Shown: positions 26,820 through 35,671, numbered from the stretch's first letter. The stretch is DNA of 64,000 nucleotides from Candidatus Uhrbacteria bacterium (GCA_026395055.1 JAPLZK010000002.1:56940-120939), one strand, 5' to 3'. Numbers and translations are program-made. Notes: generated by a model not told the origin, from the letters alone.

Positions 26820-27794
26820 ATGGGCAGTGGTGGTTGGGATCATAGCGCTTCAACGGCGCGTTCACAGACGCGTTCGGCGCGTTCTGTTCAAGAAACGGTG
26901 TTGCAGGATTTTACGCAGACGCGTGAAAGCCGAATCCATCCGGGGATGCATCCGAATGGGCTCGTGTTTCGCGAGTCGCGTGACAGTGTGGAACATCCGA
27001 AGTCTCGTGCAATCATCGGTTCGCTCGACATCACGCAGTCGATGCAGGGGCTTCCGCCGCTGCTCGCGCGTGAGACGTTGCCGCAACTGATGGCAGGCGT
27101 TTTGCCGATTTTGCCGGATGCACAACTGTGCTTCATGGCGTTCGGTGATGCGGATGATGGACACAACTATCAAGGACCGTGGCAGGTTGGTCAGTTCGAG
27201 AGCTCGGATGAGCTTGCGGACGCGTGGCTGACGCGCATCTGGTTGCAAGGGAGTGCTGGTTCGTCTCCGTGCGAATCCGCGGACCTCATCTTGTACACGG
27301 CGGCTCGGCTCACGCGCATCGATTGTCACGAGAAGCGTGGCGAGAAAGGTTATCTGTTCATTCTGACCGATGACACGTGCCGCGACTACGTTTGTGCGGC
27401 AACGGTGAACAAGTGGCTTGGTCGTCAGGAACTCGATGAGAACGTCTCGATCGAGGCGATCATTCAGGAAGCTGCTGAAAAGTACCACATCTTCGTGTTG
27501 ATCCCGGATCAGGCGCGTGCGGTGCAGATGCGTGGCGGCGAGCGCGTCATCGATCACTATCGTCGTCGTATCGGCAACGGGGCGATTGCGCTTGGTGGGT
27601 ACCAGGACACGTCCATCGTTGCGGCCATGCTCATCGGCCTCACCGAAGGCGCGTACAACATGTCGAACGTCGACCATGAGTTGCGCACGCGGTACGGCAA
27701 GTCGGGTGACGAGCTGAATCGGTTGCTCATGATCCTGCGTCCGTACGCGGAATCCCTGCCGAAGACGCCGCTCATCGTGGATCTGCCCGTCTGA
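26820..27794 (+). CDS. vWA-domain protein 2 (324 aa)
   Basis: GSLDITQSMQG MIDAS-like motif, FGDADD, LFILTDDT. Shares the HPxMxPxGLxxRESRDSxEHPxSRAI N-terminal block with vWA-1. Confidence 0.65.
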   Translation: MGSGGWDHSASTARSQTRSARSVQETVLQDFTQTRESRIHPGMHPNGLVFRESRDSVEHPKSRAIIGSLDITQSMQGLPPLLARETLPQLMAGVLPILPDAQLCFMAFGDADDGHNYQGPWQVGQFESSDELADAWLTRIWLQGSAGSSPCESADLILYTAARLTRIDCHEKRGEKGYLFILTDDTCRDYVCAATVNKWLGRQELDENVSIEAIIQEAAEKYHIFVLIPDQARAVQMRGGERVIDHYRRRIGNGAIALGGYQDTSIVAAMLIGLTEGAYNMSNVDHELRTRYGKSGDELNRLLMILRPYAESLPKTPLIVDLPV

Positions 27795-27806
27795 GTTCTT
27801 TCTTCT

Positions 27807-27870
27807 GAGGTTCAACGGGAACCTCCTTTTTTACAAGTGATGATCACAGGGATGATTGCTTCTAGAAAAG
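27807..27870 (+). promoter_or_regulatory. Island junction unit
   Basis: GAGGTTC-aacg-GGAACCTC, CTTTTTTACA, tgatgatca/tgattgc stem, TAGAAAAG, then GGAGGAG RBS. Confidence 0.7.
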
Positions 27871-27891
27871 TTCTAGCTTCGGAGGAGTCCT

Positions 27892-29277
27892 ATGACTCGA
27901 CATGCTCATCTTGTCGTTGATCTTTCAAACGGGGATGCAGGAAAAGGAACGATCGTGGATGCGCTCGTGCGGAAGTATCGTGCGCATACCGTGATTCGAT
28001 TCAATGGCGGTGCGCAAGCGGCGCATCGTGTTGTGACCGGTGACGGTCGCGAACATATTTTTTCCCAATTCGGTTCAGGAACATTTGTTCCGGGTGTGCG
28101 CACTGTGCTTTCGAAGTACGTGCTCGTTCAGCCGTGGGCGCTTGTTCCGGAAGCGGAGCATCTCGAAGAGCTCGGCATTACGGATGCCTTTGATCGATTG
28201 TTTATTCATGAAGACGCACTCATCATCACACCATTTCATCGAGCGGCAAATCGCTTGCGTGAACGTGCGCGTGCAAAATGGGATGGTCGACATGGGAGTT
28301 GCGGAATCGGCGTTGGCGAGACGGCACATGATGCGCTCACGCTCAAGGAATCGCTCGTGGTTCGCGTGCGTGACTTGCGTGATCTGGGTGCGTTGAAAGA
28401 AAAACTGCAACGCGTGCAAAAACAAAAAGCGTTTCATGTTGATGCGATGATGTTTCAACTGATCGACGATCCAGAAGCCTCCGTAGACATTATCGAACTC
28501 GAAGATCCGGAAGCGGCAACATCTTGGATCAAGCAGCTCGAAGCGGTGCTACCGAAACTGAATATCATTGATGACACATGGTTTGCATCTCTCTTGAACG
28601 AACCAGGTCACATCGTGTTTGAAGGTGCACAAGGTGTGCTCATTGATGAGTCACGCGGATTTCATCCGTACACCACGTGGTCGAATTGTACATTTCAAAA
28701 CGCGCTCGACTTGCTCGCAAACTACGATGGAGAGATTCATAAGATCGGAGTTGTCCGAGCGTATGCGACGCGCCATGGTCCTGGTCCGTTTGTGACGGAA
28801 GATGTTCATCTCACAGAACGTCTGCCGGACGCATGTAATAAAATGGATCCATGGCAGCGTGGATTTCGCGTCGGCCACTTCGATTGCACCTCTACTCGAT
28901 ATGCGATCTCGGCTTGTGACGGCATCGACTCGCTTGCGATTACATGTCTCGACCGCTTGCGCGATGAGCCTGCGTGGAAGATCTGCACATATTATGAACT
29001 TGCTCCAGAAGATGAAGAAAGCACGTTGTTCTATGTTGTGAAGACGTTTCGAGGTTTTCGCCTCTGGATGGACCCTGGACCGTTCCAAGACCTTATATAC
29101 CAAGAGCGACTCACGCACGCACTCGAGCGCGCGAAGCCCGTGCTTCACATTACAACCACGTCAGGAACGTTCGATGAACGCGTCGAACACCATGTCCGCG
29201 AGATTACACAAGAACTCAACGTTCCTGTCTCGATCCTTTCGTTCGGTCCAACAGCAGAAGATAAGAAATTTCTCTAG
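27892..29277 (+). CDS. Adenylosuccinate synthetase family enzyme (PurA/PurZ-like, 461 aa)
   Basis: P-loop GDAGKGTIVD, RFNGGAQAAH, GSCGIGVGE, FEGAQGVLIDESRGFHPYTTWS and ATRHGPGPFVTE, in the canonical PurA order. Confidence 0.8.
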   Translation: MTRHAHLVVDLSNGDAGKGTIVDALVRKYRAHTVIRFNGGAQAAHRVVTGDGREHIFSQFGSGTFVPGVRTVLSKYVLVQPWALVPEAEHLEELGITDAFDRLFIHEDALIITPFHRAANRLRERARAKWDGRHGSCGIGVGETAHDALTLKESLVVRVRDLRDLGALKEKLQRVQKQKAFHVDAMMFQLIDDPEASVDIIELEDPEAATSWIKQLEAVLPKLNIIDDTWFASLLNEPGHIVFEGAQGVLIDESRGFHPYTTWSNCTFQNALDLLANYDGEIHKIGVVRAYATRHGPGPFVTEDVHLTERLPDACNKMDPWQRGFRVGHFDCTSTRYAISACDGIDSLAITCLDRLRDEPAWKICTYYELAPEDEESTLFYVVKTFRGFRLWMDPGPFQDLIYQERLTHALERAKPVLHITTTSGTFDERVEHHVREITQELNVPVSILSFGPTAEDKKFL

Positions 29278-29301
29278 ATGCGAATGATTCGCATCTTTTT
29301 T
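29277..29301 (+). terminator. Intrinsic terminator ending the kinase-vWA-vWA-PurA operon
   Basis: gatgcgaa-tga-ttcgcatc hairpin followed by T6. Confidence 0.85.
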
Positions 29302-29359
29302 GTTGGCCAAGAACCCCCTCCTTATCAAGGAGGGGGCAGGGGGTGGTCGGGTATCAACC

Positions 29360-29388
29360 TTGACCTAATCGCCATATTCTGGTAGGCT
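29360..29388 (+). promoter_or_regulatory. Sigma70-like promoter
   Basis: TTGACC, 17-nt spacer, TAGGCT. Confidence 0.55.
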
Positions 29389-29451
29389 TCCGCTCGTTGT
29401 GTGTGGAGTGTCTGTGCACAATATGTTTCTCAAACACAAGGGTAAACGTCC

Positions 29452-30441
29452 ATGTCAAACAAGATCGGTTCGCAACTCGTTCAGGCCATTTTGGCCATGC
29501 AGAAAGATCCGTCCAAGCTCGCGGTTGAGCTCAAGGTTCATGTCTTTCCGTGTCCGCATAGTGACAATGCGCATCATATGCACTTCAAGGTGACGTCTCC
29601 GTTCGTTGAGGACCAAACGTTGGCTCAGCAGATCGAAGCGAACCTGATGATGGCGGCGATGACGCAAGAGTTCATGCCTGTGAAGGGCAATTACGATTTC
29701 ACCCAGAGTCTCATCAGTGGCACCAAGTGTACCAATGAAGAGGTGTCCGATGCCGACACGGTTCAGTTCCTGCAGAATGCGGGGATCGTGAAGGCGTTGT
29801 TTGATCTGACGGTCGCCCTGCGAGATGCTTTTGCCGAGTGGCCGAGCGAACTCAGCACGGAGCATGTGCTTTCGGCTGGGTATTCGACCCAGACGCGCAA
29901 GAAGCTTTATCATGGCACGGACACCGATCCGATCAAGGTCGAGGTCGTGAGCATGCGCAAGATTGCACTCGATCAGACAAAGCGTGCACTGATGTCTCTG
30001 TTCGCTCCCAATTTCGCGAAGAGCGAACGTGTCGAGCAGAACAAAGTGATCACGCTCATTGCGTTCAACGACGTGAATCCCTGTTCGCCCGTCGTGCGCC
30101 AAGCGTACGCGGCATACGCGCAGGAGATGCTCGACAACAAGCTCGAGCCGAAGATCGCTCCGAAGATCGTGGAGCGCGTGCAGTTGGCACTCGACACGCT
30201 TGCGACGCGCCTTGCGAAGCAGCAAGCCACGAAGCTGAATGAGACCACCACGAATCCGACGCAGACGGCGGTCGGTACGGAGGATGGCATCGGCACGGAA
30301 GTCGGTGACGGCGCGACGAAGACGACGAACGTCCCGCAGGCTCTGTCTGGTGGGGTTGGTCCTGGTTCGTCCGAAGTTTCCTTCAATCCTTCGTCCGCTG
30401 GCCACGACAGCAATGGTCAGTCGACTGGCGCTACGGCGTAA
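29452..30441 (+). CDS. Hypothetical protein with low-complexity Thr/Gly tail (329 aa)
   Basis: Long ORF with its own promoter and terminator. No family recognised. Confidence 0.55.
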   Translation: MSNKIGSQLVQAILAMQKDPSKLAVELKVHVFPCPHSDNAHHMHFKVTSPFVEDQTLAQQIEANLMMAAMTQEFMPVKGNYDFTQSLISGTKCTNEEVSDADTVQFLQNAGIVKALFDLTVALRDAFAEWPSELSTEHVLSAGYSTQTRKKLYHGTDTDPIKVEVVSMRKIALDQTKRALMSLFAPNFAKSERVEQNKVITLIAFNDVNPCSPVVRQAYAAYAQEMLDNKLEPKIAPKIVERVQLALDTLATRLAKQQATKLNETTTNPTQTAVGTEDGIGTEVGDGATKTTNVPQALSGGVGPGSSEVSFNPSSAGHDSNGQSTGATA

Positions 30442-30556
30442 GTCATCTCTTTTCTACACTCTCGTCCTCGAGGGTGTTTTTTGTTCGTCAATTCAACGAC
30501 GATCCATTGACGAAATCGTTCTTCTCTGTTAAATTTCCTGGTCTTGTTCTCAAGAC

Positions 30557-31561
30557 ATGAGGTGCTCCTTGAACGCAGAAAATACATTCGATCTTGTGGT
30601 TATCGGTGGTGGTATTGCGGGGCTTGCGTCGGCAATCAATGCGGCGAGCGAAGGGCTTTCCGTGTGTGTGCTTGAGGGTGGAATTGAGTTTGGGGGACAA
30701 ACAAGTACCATCAAACAGATTCGCAATTTGGTTGGATATCCAGAAGGGATTTCCGGCCGGGAACTCATTCGTCTCACGCTCGCGCAAGCGCGCGGGTTCG
30801 GTGTGAAACTTTGCGCGCCTTATCGCGTGCAAAAGATTCGCCGCGGTTCCTTGAGCGAATTGTACGTTGATACGTCACATGGGAAGTCATTTACGACGCG
30901 TGCCATTCTCATTACCGCAGGTGTGCGTTATCGTCGTCTTGGTGTGGATGAAGTCAGTTCGTTCATGGGTCACGGCGTTACGTACGGTGAGCTACCGGAT
31001 AATATTGTCGGGGAACGTGTTGCGGTCATTGGTGGTGGCAACAGTGCTGGGCAAGCGGTGGTTGCACTCGCACAAAAGAGTGAGTGCAACATTGATCTGC
31101 TTGTTCGTGGCGCGCTCTCGGATAAGCAGATGAGTCAGTATTTGATTGATGTCATTCGGAAAAATGCGCATGGGAACATTGATGTTCACGAACAGGTGGA
31201 GGTGATTGGTGCGGATGGGTTTTTGAAACTCGAACACATCACTCTGCGTTCCTTGAAGACGCAACACCTCACACGCATGCCCCTTGATCGCCTTCTTATT
31301 TCGATTGGATCTGAGCCGCATATTGAATGGGCCGCAGATCAAGTCGTCGTAGACGAAAAAGGCTTCATCAAAACCGGCAGCCGTGTCGCGTCTGAATCCG
31401 TTTGGATCAATACGCAACGCAAACCGCTCCCATTTGAAACGACTCCAGGGATCTTTGCGGCAGGGGACATTGAATCCGAAAGTGTGAAGCGCGTTGCGTC
31501 CTCGATTGGTGCCGCAACCGGCGCGATTGCGAGCATTCTGCGTTTCCTTGGTCGTCGATAA
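30557..31561 (+). CDS. Thioredoxin-reductase-like FAD/NAD(P) oxidoreductase lacking the redox CxxC
   Basis: DLVVIGGGIAGLASA, VAVIGGGNSAGQ and GIFAAGDI motifs. The CATC position reads GVTYGELPDN. Confidence 0.7.
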   Translation: MRCSLNAENTFDLVVIGGGIAGLASAINAASEGLSVCVLEGGIEFGGQTSTIKQIRNLVGYPEGISGRELIRLTLAQARGFGVKLCAPYRVQKIRRGSLSELYVDTSHGKSFTTRAILITAGVRYRRLGVDEVSSFMGHGVTYGELPDNIVGERVAVIGGGNSAGQAVVALAQKSECNIDLLVRGALSDKQMSQYLIDVIRKNAHGNIDVHEQVEVIGADGFLKLEHITLRSLKTQHLTRMPLDRLLISIGSEPHIEWAADQVVVDEKGFIKTGSRVASESVWINTQRKPLPFETTPGIFAAGDIESESVKRVASSIGAATGAIASILRFLGRR

Positions 31562-31630
31562 AATTCTTACGTTCACGTTTTATTACGTGAACGTTTTTTT
31601 AATAAAAAAAGAGGATCAGAGTTCTGATCC

Positions 31631-32197
31631 TCAAGCGGCCATTGCCTCTGGGATGAGGCCGATCGCCATGCGCCCCAATTGGTGATCCGCGAGTGTTGCG
31701 CGCATAGCCTCTTCTCCTGCCATGGTTGCAAATGCTTGCTCGTGAAACACTTCTTGCGGGAGAATGCGTGCAAAGACCCTGCGTACATCTGGCGGAGTGG
31801 ACGCGTCTGCGACGATGACGCGGATCCTCTCGAGGCGCATGTGTTCAGCATGCGCCGCAACCGCCGCACCTGTCTCGAATGACTCGATCGCGCCGAGGGT
31901 TTTGTCCCAGTAGCGTTCATCTTTTTCGAGAACGGCGGGAGTGATGCCGCGCGCAATCAGCAGTTCACCAACCCAAGCGGCGTGTGCTTGTTCTTGGTCC
32001 GCGATCGTATAGAGCATGCGCGCCATTCGACTATCCGGATGCGCGTATCGCTCGGCAAATGCCAGGATGCGCACACTCGCCGTGACCTCACCGTGATACT
32101 GCTTCATGAGCCAGTCGATGAAGCGTGCTTCATCGTTCTTGATTTCGTTCCACCACTGATCTGAAGTCTGTTGCGTGTTTTGCATGACGTTCTCCAT
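31631..32197 (-). CDS. Ferritin-like/di-iron four-helix protein (188 aa)
   Basis: Paired E...EQAH / E...H helices (ADQEQAHAAW, AAHAEHMRLE, QEVFHEQAF). Family assignment tentative. Confidence 0.45.
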   Translation of the reverse strand: MENVMQNTQQTSDQWWNEIKNDEARFIDWLMKQYHGEVTASVRILAFAERYAHPDSRMARMLYTIADQEQAHAAWVGELLIARGITPAVLEKDERYWDKTLGAIESFETGAAVAAHAEHMRLERIRVIVADASTPPDVRRVFARILPQEVFHEQAFATMAGEEAMRATLADHQLGRMAIGLIPEAMAA

Positions 32198-32268
32198 GTT
32201 CTTGGTTGTAAGAACATTTAGAGAATATCATGCGGACATTTCCTGTGAATGCATGTTTATAATGTATA

Positions 32269-32296
32269 TTGACAACACATACTTTTCATCTAAAAT
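32269..32296 (+). promoter_or_regulatory. Sigma70-like promoter of the TrmB gene
   Basis: TTGACA, 16-nt spacer, TAAAAT. Confidence 0.6.
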
Positions 32297-32334
32297 GAGC
32301 GTAACGTGTATTTTAAATCCATTTTAAAATCCTT

Positions 32335-33102
32335 ATGAAAACTCCGGAAGTATTTTTACAGGGACTCGGGCTTACACAAACAGAATCCACCATTTATCTT
32401 GCAGGACTTTCTCATAATGGAACAAACGCGCAAGCGCTCGCAAAACAAACCGGCATCAAACGTCCGACCGTTTATTATGCGCTTGAGACGCTCATGCAAA
32501 AAGGATTGGTGACCAAAAAAGGAGTGGGGAATCGACGTGTGTATTCCATGACGTCACCAGAGAATTTGAAGATGTTTGTTGATGCGCAAATTTCAGAAAT
32601 GCAAACAAAGAAAAATGCGTTGGACGGATTCGTGGAACAATTATTAAAACAACAAGGAGCTGGAGTTCCTTCTACGAGCGTGTTTCATTATGAAGGAATT
32701 GAAGGAGTGAAGATGGTCGTTGAAGAAGCACTGTATTGTAAGTCTCGCCACTGGGATATACTCGCGCCGAAGAAAAATTTCTTTTCTGAGTTCGACGCCG
32801 AGTATGCAAAATATTATCTTGATGCACGTAAGCGTCGAAAGATTACGTCACGATCGTTGTGGGAGAAAGTGAGCGGAAAGCAATCTGTTTCCAGGGAGGT
32901 GATTGCGGAACGCCAACCAAAATATTTGCCAGAAGTCATGTCTGGTCGTTTTCAATCCGTCATGATTTTGTTTGATGATAAAGTTGCGTTCATCTCTTCA
33001 TACAAATCTCTTTCGGCAATTTTGATTCAGTCCGACGAAATACACCAGTTTCTGCTATCGATGTTTGATGGACTTTGGTCTACGGCAGAGAAAATTGGAT
33101 AG
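32335..33102 (+). CDS. TrmB-family transcriptional regulator
   Basis: wHTH motif TESTIYLAGLSHNGTNAQALAKQTGIKRPTVYYALETLMQKGLV. Confidence 0.7.
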   Translation: MKTPEVFLQGLGLTQTESTIYLAGLSHNGTNAQALAKQTGIKRPTVYYALETLMQKGLVTKKGVGNRRVYSMTSPENLKMFVDAQISEMQTKKNALDGFVEQLLKQQGAGVPSTSVFHYEGIEGVKMVVEEALYCKSRHWDILAPKKNFFSEFDAEYAKYYLDARKRRKITSRSLWEKVSGKQSVSREVIAERQPKYLPEVMSGRFQSVMILFDDKVAFISSYKSLSAILIQSDEIHQFLLSMFDGLWSTAEKIG

Positions 33103-33203
33103 AATTTATTCCAAACAAAAATACGCATCTTTTGTGACCGGTAGCGAAAAAGTCACTTGGATACGTATTTTTGTTTGTGCAAAATAACCTAAGCGGATCG
33201 CAT

Positions 33204-33329
33204 ACAAAACTTTCAAATTTGGATGCAATGCGCCGGGCTGGAGGGAAAAAATGTTTGAGTCGTAGATCGCCTACGGCGAAAACATTTTTTCCCGAAGCCC
33301 AAGCAGGGCGCCAAATTTGGAAGTTTTGT
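33204..33329 (-). repeat. tRNA-abutting long hairpin element, copy 1
   Basis: 19-nt arms acaaaactttcaaatttgg / ccaaatttggaagttttgt (1 mismatch) around a GC-rich core with an inner hairpin gggaaaaaatgttt/aaacattttttccc. Related to 63469-63595. Confidence 0.8.
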
Positions 33330-33403
33330 GGTGACCCCAAGGGGAATTGAACCCCTGTTACCAGGATGAAAACCTGATGTCCTAACCATTAGACGATGGG
33401 GCC
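33329..33403 (-). tRNA. tRNA-Glu (UUC), CCA encoded
   Basis: Cloverleaf folded by hand: acceptor GGCCCCA/TGGGGTC, anticodon loop TTTTCAT, T-loop GGGGTTCAATTCCCC. Confidence 0.9.
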
Positions 33404-33482
33404 TTATTTCGACCTTATTCAGGTGGCGCCATAATAAGTTATTGAAGCTGTTTCGTCAAGATCGAACTTCTCTCGTTTTTCA

Positions 33483-33510
33483 ATAAAAAATCCACCAACA
33501 GTGTTGGTGG
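33483..33510 (-). terminator. Intrinsic terminator ending the AAA+/WD40 operon
   Basis: Minus-sense ccaccaaca-ctg-ttggtgg followed by ATTTTTTATT. Confidence 0.8.
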
Positions 33511-33517
33511 AGAAGAG

Positions 33518-34534
33518 TCAGACGGGAAGTTCTCGAATGAATGGGGTGTTACCGCGGCCAATGTTTTCGCTTCCGAAGTCGAAGATTTGTACGGGGTGTC
33601 CGCCCTGACCAAGGGATTCAAACGGTATTTTGTTTGAAGTGCTCGTTGCAAGGTAACGTCCATTTCCATAGAGGCACATGTGTTCAACCGGGTTGTTGAA
33701 TCCACTAATGTCACAGAGGATGTTACCGTCCGGGATTTGTACGACCAGAACGTAGTTTGGATTTTTTGTGGAAAGGAGAATTGTCTCATCATCAACGACG
33801 ACGAGATGTGAATATTCAACACGATGACTGTAACAAATTATGCGAGAGTTTCGTGTTGGTGCAATGAGCGTTATTTTATTCTTTTCAAGAAAAAGGAGTG
33901 TCCCGTTCGGTGTCCACCCACATTGAAAAATTCTTTCCGCATGTGTTTCCAGTTTTCCCGAACCCCATTTGGGATGAATGTCGTTCGAAGAATAGCCGAA
34001 CAATTGGTAGTCTCTCCACGATATTGCAATGAACGTTGGTGAATTTGGATTTGCAACGATTCCACTGAATGGCGTGTTGTTGCGCCTGCTTTCATAAACG
34101 ATTTTGTGCGTAGTGCCTGTCCATTCTAGAACACGTACGAGCCCTGTATCTGTCACAAACGCCACAAGATCATTTTGTAAAACAGTGAGGTGGGATTCAC
34201 CGTTTTTTGCAGATCGAAAGAGGTTGCTCGTTATCTCAATGTCAATATCGTTGCGTGTGAGGAACCAGATATTTCCATCCTTGGATGTGAGATATGCTCG
34301 CGTTCCATCCTTGGACCAGCGGAGGGAGGTGAAGTGATTTTCGACTGGATCAAATTTACCTAATGTCTTTCCAGTCTTCGGGTTGAAAAGACAAAGCGTG
34401 CTTTCGTTTTTGTTTTCTCCTCTTCCGATGCAAACAAACATTTGTTCGTCGGGGGAAATGGAAATGTGCGTGATGGGTGGATAATTTCCCTTTAAGGTGA
34501 AAAGGCGCAACGGTTCTCGAATAAGATCGGACAT
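33518..34534 (-). CDS. WD40-like beta-propeller paralog 1 (338 aa) with conserved C-terminal tail
   Basis: Repeated blade-like segments (ITHISISPDEQMFVC, LRWSKDGTRAY...). Tail IFDFGSENIGRGNTPFIRELPV. Confidence 0.65.
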   Translation of the reverse strand: MSDLIREPLRLFTLKGNYPPITHISISPDEQMFVCIGRGENKNESTLCLFNPKTGKTLGKFDPVENHFTSLRWSKDGTRAYLTSKDGNIWFLTRNDIDIEITSNLFRSAKNGESHLTVLQNDLVAFVTDTGLVRVLEWTGTTHKIVYESRRNNTPFSGIVANPNSPTFIAISWRDYQLFGYSSNDIHPKWGSGKLETHAERIFQCGWTPNGTLLFLEKNKITLIAPTRNSRIICYSHRVEYSHLVVVDDETILLSTKNPNYVLVVQIPDGNILCDISGFNNPVEHMCLYGNGRYLATSTSNKIPFESLGQGGHPVQIFDFGSENIGRGNTPFIRELPV

Positions 34535-34559
34535 GGGATCCCTCCGATGGAAACTTGAA

Positions 34560-34622
34560 CTTTCTCATGAACATTCATCGCGTTGATGACCGTTCATGTA
34601 AAAGGGCGATCACGTGATCGCC
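34560..34622 (-). promoter_or_regulatory. Island junction unit, V type
   Basis: Minus-sense GGCGATCACGTGATCGCC, CTTTTACA, TGAACGGTCATC-aacgc-GATGAATGTTCA, TGAGAAAG, then GGAGGG RBS. Confidence 0.8.
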
Positions 34623-34629
34623 GAGGATG

Positions 34630-35646
34630 TTAGACCGGGAGGTCTGTAATAAAGGGGGTGTTGTTGCGGCCCAGGTTCGCGCTCCCGAAGTCAAAAATCT
34701 GAGCAGAATGATCTCCGGCACTACGAGAGCAAAATGGAATGTGGTTTGCCGTGTTTGTCATGAGATATCGCCCAAGGTCAAACAAACACATACTTGTTAC
34801 CGGCTTTACGAATCCGCCCATGTCAAACAAGATTTTTCCATCCGGGATCTGTACGGCCAGGATGTAGTTTGGATTTTTCGTTGAGACAAGAATGGTTTCG
34901 TTATTCACGACAAGCAAATCTTCGAGCTCAATTCCGTGATTGATAACGATCCGTTTTTCGTCTCGACGATCAAGAACAATTCGATCTGGAAGAAGAAAAA
35001 TCCATGTTCTGTCTTGGGTCCACGCACCTTTTTGAATTCCATTTTCAAGAGGAGGATCTTGTCTCATGCAGATCCAGTTATTCCCCGTATCTCCAAACAG
35101 CTGAATATATGCACCACATGTCGAGAGAAACATGGATGGATTTGTGGAAGGAATAATTCCTGAGAATGAACAGTGCTGTTGTTCTTGGTGGACGACGACG
35201 TGTTTCTGTCCATCCCATGTCATTACACAGATGAGGCCAGATTGAGTGATGAATGCAATCAAATCATCCACTAAGATTGTCAGGTAGGTTGGACCGTTGA
35301 TATGAATGGGGTTTGTTCCGCGTGCATGCTCGTAGAGCAATTTCATTTGTTTAAATTTGTTTTCTTGCCATTCAAGAAAGAAAATTTTTCCGAGCGGTGT
35401 CGTTGCATACAAACGTTCGCCATTTTTTGACCATTGTAGTGTCTTAAATGAGAAACTTTGTATGTACGGTTTGCACAGTTCTTTTTCAGTTTGTGGGTTG
35501 AAAAAGTGAATGGCAGTGAAGTCGTGCTCTTGTTTTCCCATGCAAGCAAGTGTTTGCTCGTCTGGTGAGAGAGTAAGATGTGTAATCGGGTCACGATTAT
35601 TACTCAGCAACAAACGATGAGCAGGCTCTCGAATAAGATCGGACAT
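34630..35646 (-). CDS. WD40-like beta-propeller paralog 2 (338 aa)
   Basis: Same N-terminus (MSDLIREP) as paralog 1. Tail IFDFGSANLGRNNTPFITDLPV. Confidence 0.65.
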   Translation of the reverse strand: MSDLIREPAHRLLLSNNRDPITHLTLSPDEQTLACMGKQEHDFTAIHFFNPQTEKELCKPYIQSFSFKTLQWSKNGERLYATTPLGKIFFLEWQENKFKQMKLLYEHARGTNPIHINGPTYLTILVDDLIAFITQSGLICVMTWDGQKHVVVHQEQQHCSFSGIIPSTNPSMFLSTCGAYIQLFGDTGNNWICMRQDPPLENGIQKGAWTQDRTWIFLLPDRIVLDRRDEKRIVINHGIELEDLLVVNNETILVSTKNPNYILAVQIPDGKILFDMGGFVKPVTSMCLFDLGRYLMTNTANHIPFCSRSAGDHSAQIFDFGSANLGRNNTPFITDLPV

Positions 35647-35671
35647 GGGATCCCTCCGATGGAAACTTGAA

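Noticed and set aside
26862-27815. 317-aa minus-strand ORF antisense to vWA-2, and similarly 29455-30405 (316 aa) antisense to the 329-aa gene
   Set aside because: Extremely Arg-rich shadow frames. The sense strands carry recognisable vWA motifs or proper expression signals.
34356-34574. N-terminal extensions or small ORFs beginning MRKF/MFMRKF, and the longer starts at 37939 and 40760
   Set aside because: They arise because the conserved junction motif cATGAGAAAG contains an ATG. The real starts follow the downstream SD sequences (GGAGGG, AAGAGG, AGGAGG).
34560-34622. Junction units as sigma70 promoters (TTTACA/TTTCCA as the -35)
   Set aside because: No conserved -10 lies at a 16-18-nt spacing (GATGAA, GTGATG and GTTCGG are found there). 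Each operon already has a canonical promoter and terminator. Not excluded for an alternative sigma factor or a phage-type polymerase.
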